From NCBI GenBank assembly GCA_001791995.1, contig MGFR01000002.1, positions 36,457-100,456 of the forward strand: a DNA stretch of 64,000 bases. Direction: 5' to 3'. Source of the DNA: Candidatus Woesebacteria bacterium RBG_13_46_13 (lineage in GTDB: Bacteria; Patescibacteriota; Microgenomatia; UBA8517). The notes below the pieces were generated by a model that worked only from the letters and a program-made list of their open reading frames with translations, was not told where the DNA came from and made no database searches. This document shows, piece after piece, positions 62,771 to 64,000 of this stretch; the first letter of the stretch is position 1, and each line of letters opens with the position of its first letter. Made by a program: the position numbers and the translations under genes.

Positions 62771-63458
62771 GGCTACGGGTCAGCTCGGTGACTTTATCCA
62801 AATGTCCTTCGAGTATGGCCTCCAAATTTCCCCAGGATTTTCCGATTCTGTGGTCGGTGACGCGGTTTTGGGGGAAATTGTAAGTTCTGATTTTCTCGGC
62901 ACGCATGCCCCGGCCGATGACGCTTCTGTAGCCGGCAATGGTGAGCATCTTTTCCTCTTCGGCTTTTTCCCAGAGTTTGGCCCGGAGTAAATCCATGGCA
63001 ATTTTGCGGTTTTGTTCCTGGAAACGCTCACGCTGGGCGGAAACCACAATTCCGGTCGGTTTATGGATCAGCCTCACCGCGGTTGAGACCTTCTGAACAT
63101 TCTGGCCTCCCTGGGAAGAGGAATGGAAAAACTGCATTTCGAGATCCACGGGATTTATCCTGACTTCGGATTCGGGAATCTCGGGTAGAATTGCCACGGT
63201 CGCCGTTGAGGTATGAATTCTGCCGTGTCTTTCGGTCGTGGGAATTCTTTGCACCCTGTGTACTCCCGACTCGTTTTTGAGGATATCAAAAGCTCCCGGC
63301 CCAACAATCTTCACCACAGCTTCATCAACAGGAAAGACCTTCCAGCCGAGCTTGGTTGCATAGCGGATATACATCCGAAGCAAGTCTCCCGACCAAATTT
63401 TGGCTTCGTCTCCTCCGGTTGCACCACGGACTTCAAGGTAAAGAGTTTGATTCTCCAT
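62760..63458 (-). CDS. prfA: Peptide chain release factor, RF1-type (PxT motif), lacking N-terminal domain 1
   Basis: MENQTLYLEVRGATGGDEAKIWSGDLLRMYIRYA is the start of RF domain 2. RVQRIPTTERHGRIHTSTATVAILPE carries the PxT tripeptide. SSQGGQNVQKVSTAVRLIHKPTGI carries GGQ. Only 232 aa, against about 360 for canonical RF1. Confidence 0.75.
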   Translation of the reverse strand: MENQTLYLEVRGATGGDEAKIWSGDLLRMYIRYATKLGWKVFPVDEAVVKIVGPGAFDILKNESGVHRVQRIPTTERHGRIHTSTATVAILPEIPESEVRINPVDLEMQFFHSSSQGGQNVQKVSTAVRLIHKPTGIVVSAQRERFQEQNRKIAMDLLRAKLWEKAEEEKMLTIAGYRSVIGRGMRAEKIRTYNFPQNRVTDHRIGKSWGNLEAILEGHLDKVTELTRSLTS

Positions 63459-63464
63459 AGGGAG

Positions 63465-63785
63465 CTATTTAGACTGGCGAAGTGCGGCCAGCGTATCCGG
63501 CCTGTCCATTTCTTCCTGAATTTTCTTGAGCCTTTTGATACGCCTTTTTTCGGTTTTGGAGACAACCTTGGTCACGGCCCCCGCCTGCCTGGTCTTGAAA
63601 GCCTCGACCCTGCCTGCCGTGTCCAGGTATTTCATCTGGCCGGTATAGAAAGGATGACAATTGGAGCAAACATCCACTTTTATCTCGGGCACGCTGGCCC
63701 CGACCGTGAATGTATTACCGCAGGCACAGGTGACCTTTGCCTCCGGATACCATTTGGGATGGATTTGCGCTTGCATAGTCGTCAA
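63465..63785 (-). CDS. rpmE: 50S ribosomal protein L31 with a C-terminal extension of about 35 aa
   Basis: MQAQIHPKWYPEAKVTCACGNTFTVGASVPEIKVDVCSNCHPFYTGQMKYLDTAGRVEAF is the canonical L31 with its Zn-ribbon, followed by KTRQAGAVTKVVSKTEKRRIKRLKKIQEEMDRPDTLAALRQSK. Confidence 0.8.
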   Translation of the reverse strand: MTTMQAQIHPKWYPEAKVTCACGNTFTVGASVPEIKVDVCSNCHPFYTGQMKYLDTAGRVEAFKTRQAGAVTKVVSKTEKRRIKRLKKIQEEMDRPDTLAALRQSK

Positions 63786-64000
63786 TTATAGCTTCTTTTT
63801 TTGACTTCGGCAACGCCGACGCCGACGGCCACGATTGCTGCCCCGATCAGAAAGACCGGGGTGACCTTTTCGCCCAGCCAGATAACGGCCAGGGGAGCGG
63901 CAAAAAGAGGGTAGAGATAGGCAAAAAGCGAAGCTTCGGAAATCTCGATTGTTTTTTGGGCCATATTCCAAAGCGAATAAGCCAGGGTGCCGGAAATGAT
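63782..64000 (-). CDS. EamA/DMT-family transporter, partial (N-terminus beyond window end)
   Basis: The C-terminal helix-rich segment ...ASLFAYLYPLFAAPLAVIWLGEKVTPVFLIGAAIVAVGVGV... is typical of the EamA C-terminal half. The ORF is open to the window edge. Confidence 0.45.
   Translation of the reverse strand: MISGTLAYSLWNMAQKTIEISEASLFAYLYPLFAAPLAVIWLGEKVTPVFLIGAAIVAVGVGVAEVKKRSYN

Noticed and set aside
63456-63470. Programmed recoding (prfB-type frameshift or TAG reassignment) joining L31 and the release factor
   Set aside because: The RF is RF1-type (PxT), not RF2. No CUU-UGA-C shift site. TAG is used as a genuine stop by several clearly complete genes (for example 7933-7935 and 15543-15545). 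Kept only as a low-probability read-through idea.
1-64000. CRISPR arrays, rRNA genes, transposases or integrases
   Set aside because: No regularly spaced short direct repeats, no rRNA-like conserved stretches, and no ORF with DDE/tyrosine-recombinase motifs were seen anywhere in the window.

Overview
This 64 kb window looks like the chromosome of a small-genome bacterium. The genes are compact, many starts and stops overlap, and ribosomal proteins carry extensions (L1 N-terminus, L31 C-terminus). The region has mreB and PBP2 but no mreC or mreD, and tsf sits next to frr with no pyrH between them. That pattern fits a Patescibacteria/CPR-like lineage, but this is an inference, not a proven assignment. 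TGA, TAA and TAG all function as stop codons.

Most of the window is housekeeping:
- secE-nusG-rplK-rplA-[inserted repeat-containing ORF]-rplJ-rplL on the minus strand.
- rnhB, rpsU, gmd.
- A tRNA-Thr(TGT)/tRNA-Tyr/tRNA-Thr(GGT)/rpmG/tRNA-Trp cluster. rpmG is below the ORF-track size cut-off.
- An M50 protease, rpmB, fmt, def, an O-antigen-ligase-like TPR protein, mreB and PBP2.
- dprA-topA, then a thyX, deoxynucleoside kinase, tmk salvage cluster, and a split ftcD.
- rpsB-tsf-frr, rseP, proS, yvcK, HIT, yqeY, ybeY, then dnaX-ybaB-recR.
- cysS and a Zn/Mn-type ABC pair.
- ychF, rpsF-ssb-rpsR, ctpA and an htrA-like protease.
- rpmE followed by a domain-1-less RF1.

The regions worth a second look are:
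1. A tightly overlapping operon at 3636-7935: a 7TM membrane protein, an alpha-L-glutamate-ligase-like ATP-grasp fused to a retropepsin-like DTGA protease domain, a second RimK-like ATP-grasp, a hypothetical protein and a SAM methyltransferase. This looks like a putative peptide-tagging or peptide-modification system.
2. A Ddl-family ATP-grasp translationally coupled to a papain-like (C39/BtrH-like) Cys peptidase at 17429-19055.
3. An AT-rich 5 kb accessory island at about 20330-25456, directly downstream of the 3' end of tRNA-Trp. It carries a standalone SIR2-like (SIR2_2) protein, several orphan hypotheticals and four copies of a roughly 100 bp modular intergenic repeat. It is a candidate defence or mobile island.
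4. A 250 aa ORF with two 64 bp direct repeats inserted between rplA and rplJ. Downstream of it sit a near-consensus promoter and a terminator-like hairpin just upstream of rplJ, which could be an L10-type attenuator.

Other observations are a GlsB/YeaQ-family gene with no canonical start codon, an RHH-type small regulator with a palindrome-bearing promoter, and a highly structured ORF-free 190 bp region upstream of the tRNA operon.

No CRISPR array, rRNA gene or recognisable transposase or integrase was seen.
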